From Adineta vaga (Eukaryota > Animalia > Rotifera): a stretch of DNA of 64,000 nt. The stretch lies in NCBI GenBank assembly GCA_021613535.1, contig CP075493.1, forward strand, positions 15,748,001-15,812,000. The letters run 5' to 3'. Of this stretch, positions 63,626-64,000 are shown one piece after another; the first letter of the stretch is position 1; the number at the start of each line of letters is the position of its first letter. A model generated the notes under the pieces. The model saw only the letters and a program-made list of their open reading frames with translations, did no database searches and was not told where the DNA came from. A program made the position numbers and the translations under genes.

Positions 63626-64000
63626 CAATTTATTCACGAGAATAATAATGGTGATGACATTTTAGAATCTGGTGGTGGTGATTCAATTATTATTAATGCT
63701 CCTGCATATGATCCATTATTGTTTATTCCAGAACATAAATTCAATGAAAAAAAAATGACAACAGAAAATCTTTGGAGTATCCAAGACGCCATTATTTACA
63801 CTCTCAATAAATATTTGTCGAAAAGAGAGACTTTACAAAAGTGGTCTTGCGGTCTTGATATTCGTCTTATTCATCAAGGGTTACATGTCTCGTCAAATCA
63901 TCGACGCCGAATGCTCAAATATGCCATACAAGATGTTCTTGCATTAGCCGATATCATTTGGTTTATGTACAAATCTTCAAATATGAATATGAAATTAGGA
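63626..64000 (+). pseudogene. 3' part of a DEDDy-type 3'-5' exonuclease-like ORF lacking its 5' end
   Basis: Open frame 63620-64000: ...WSIQDAIIYTLNKYLSKRETLQKWSCGLDIRL...RRRMLKYAIQDVLAL (ExoIII-like YAxxD). Confidence 0.55.

Overview
AT-rich eukaryotic genomic DNA with short GT-AG introns. The gene content points to a bdelloid rotifer (Adineta/Rotaria-like; inferred, not proven). The window is a gene birth-and-death region. It holds rhodopsin-like orphan GPCRs, three R-S-E ADP-ribosyltransferase fusion genes (ART-NHL, ANK-ART, ART-TPR), PAN/Apple secreted proteins, a giant LDLa/EGF-7TM receptor, and an iGluR with a K+-channel-like GYG pore plus a decayed paralogue. It also holds a CBM48-BTB-BACK-glycosyltransferase fusion, DUF389, an AMOP-only protein, bacterial-like GNAT and NmrA genes, F-box pseudogenes and many DNA-transposon relics (MULE, mariner, Merlin, hAT and TTAA MITEs). 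The most striking unexplained structure is a family of about 25 short (45-120 bp) hairpin elements. Their approximate consensus, built by eye, is ATCTTGAGGG(TGTGGG)n-[GTATCTCTTCTT-type asymmetric core]-(CCCACA)nCCCTCAAGAT: inverted arms of bdelloid telomere-like repeats around a polar spacer. They occur at most gene boundaries and partition the region into roughly single-gene units. In several places they sit exactly at the point where a gene or transposon is truncated, or where two unrelated fragments are joined. This suggests an undescribed cassette/recombination or telomere-repeat-linked break-joining system.
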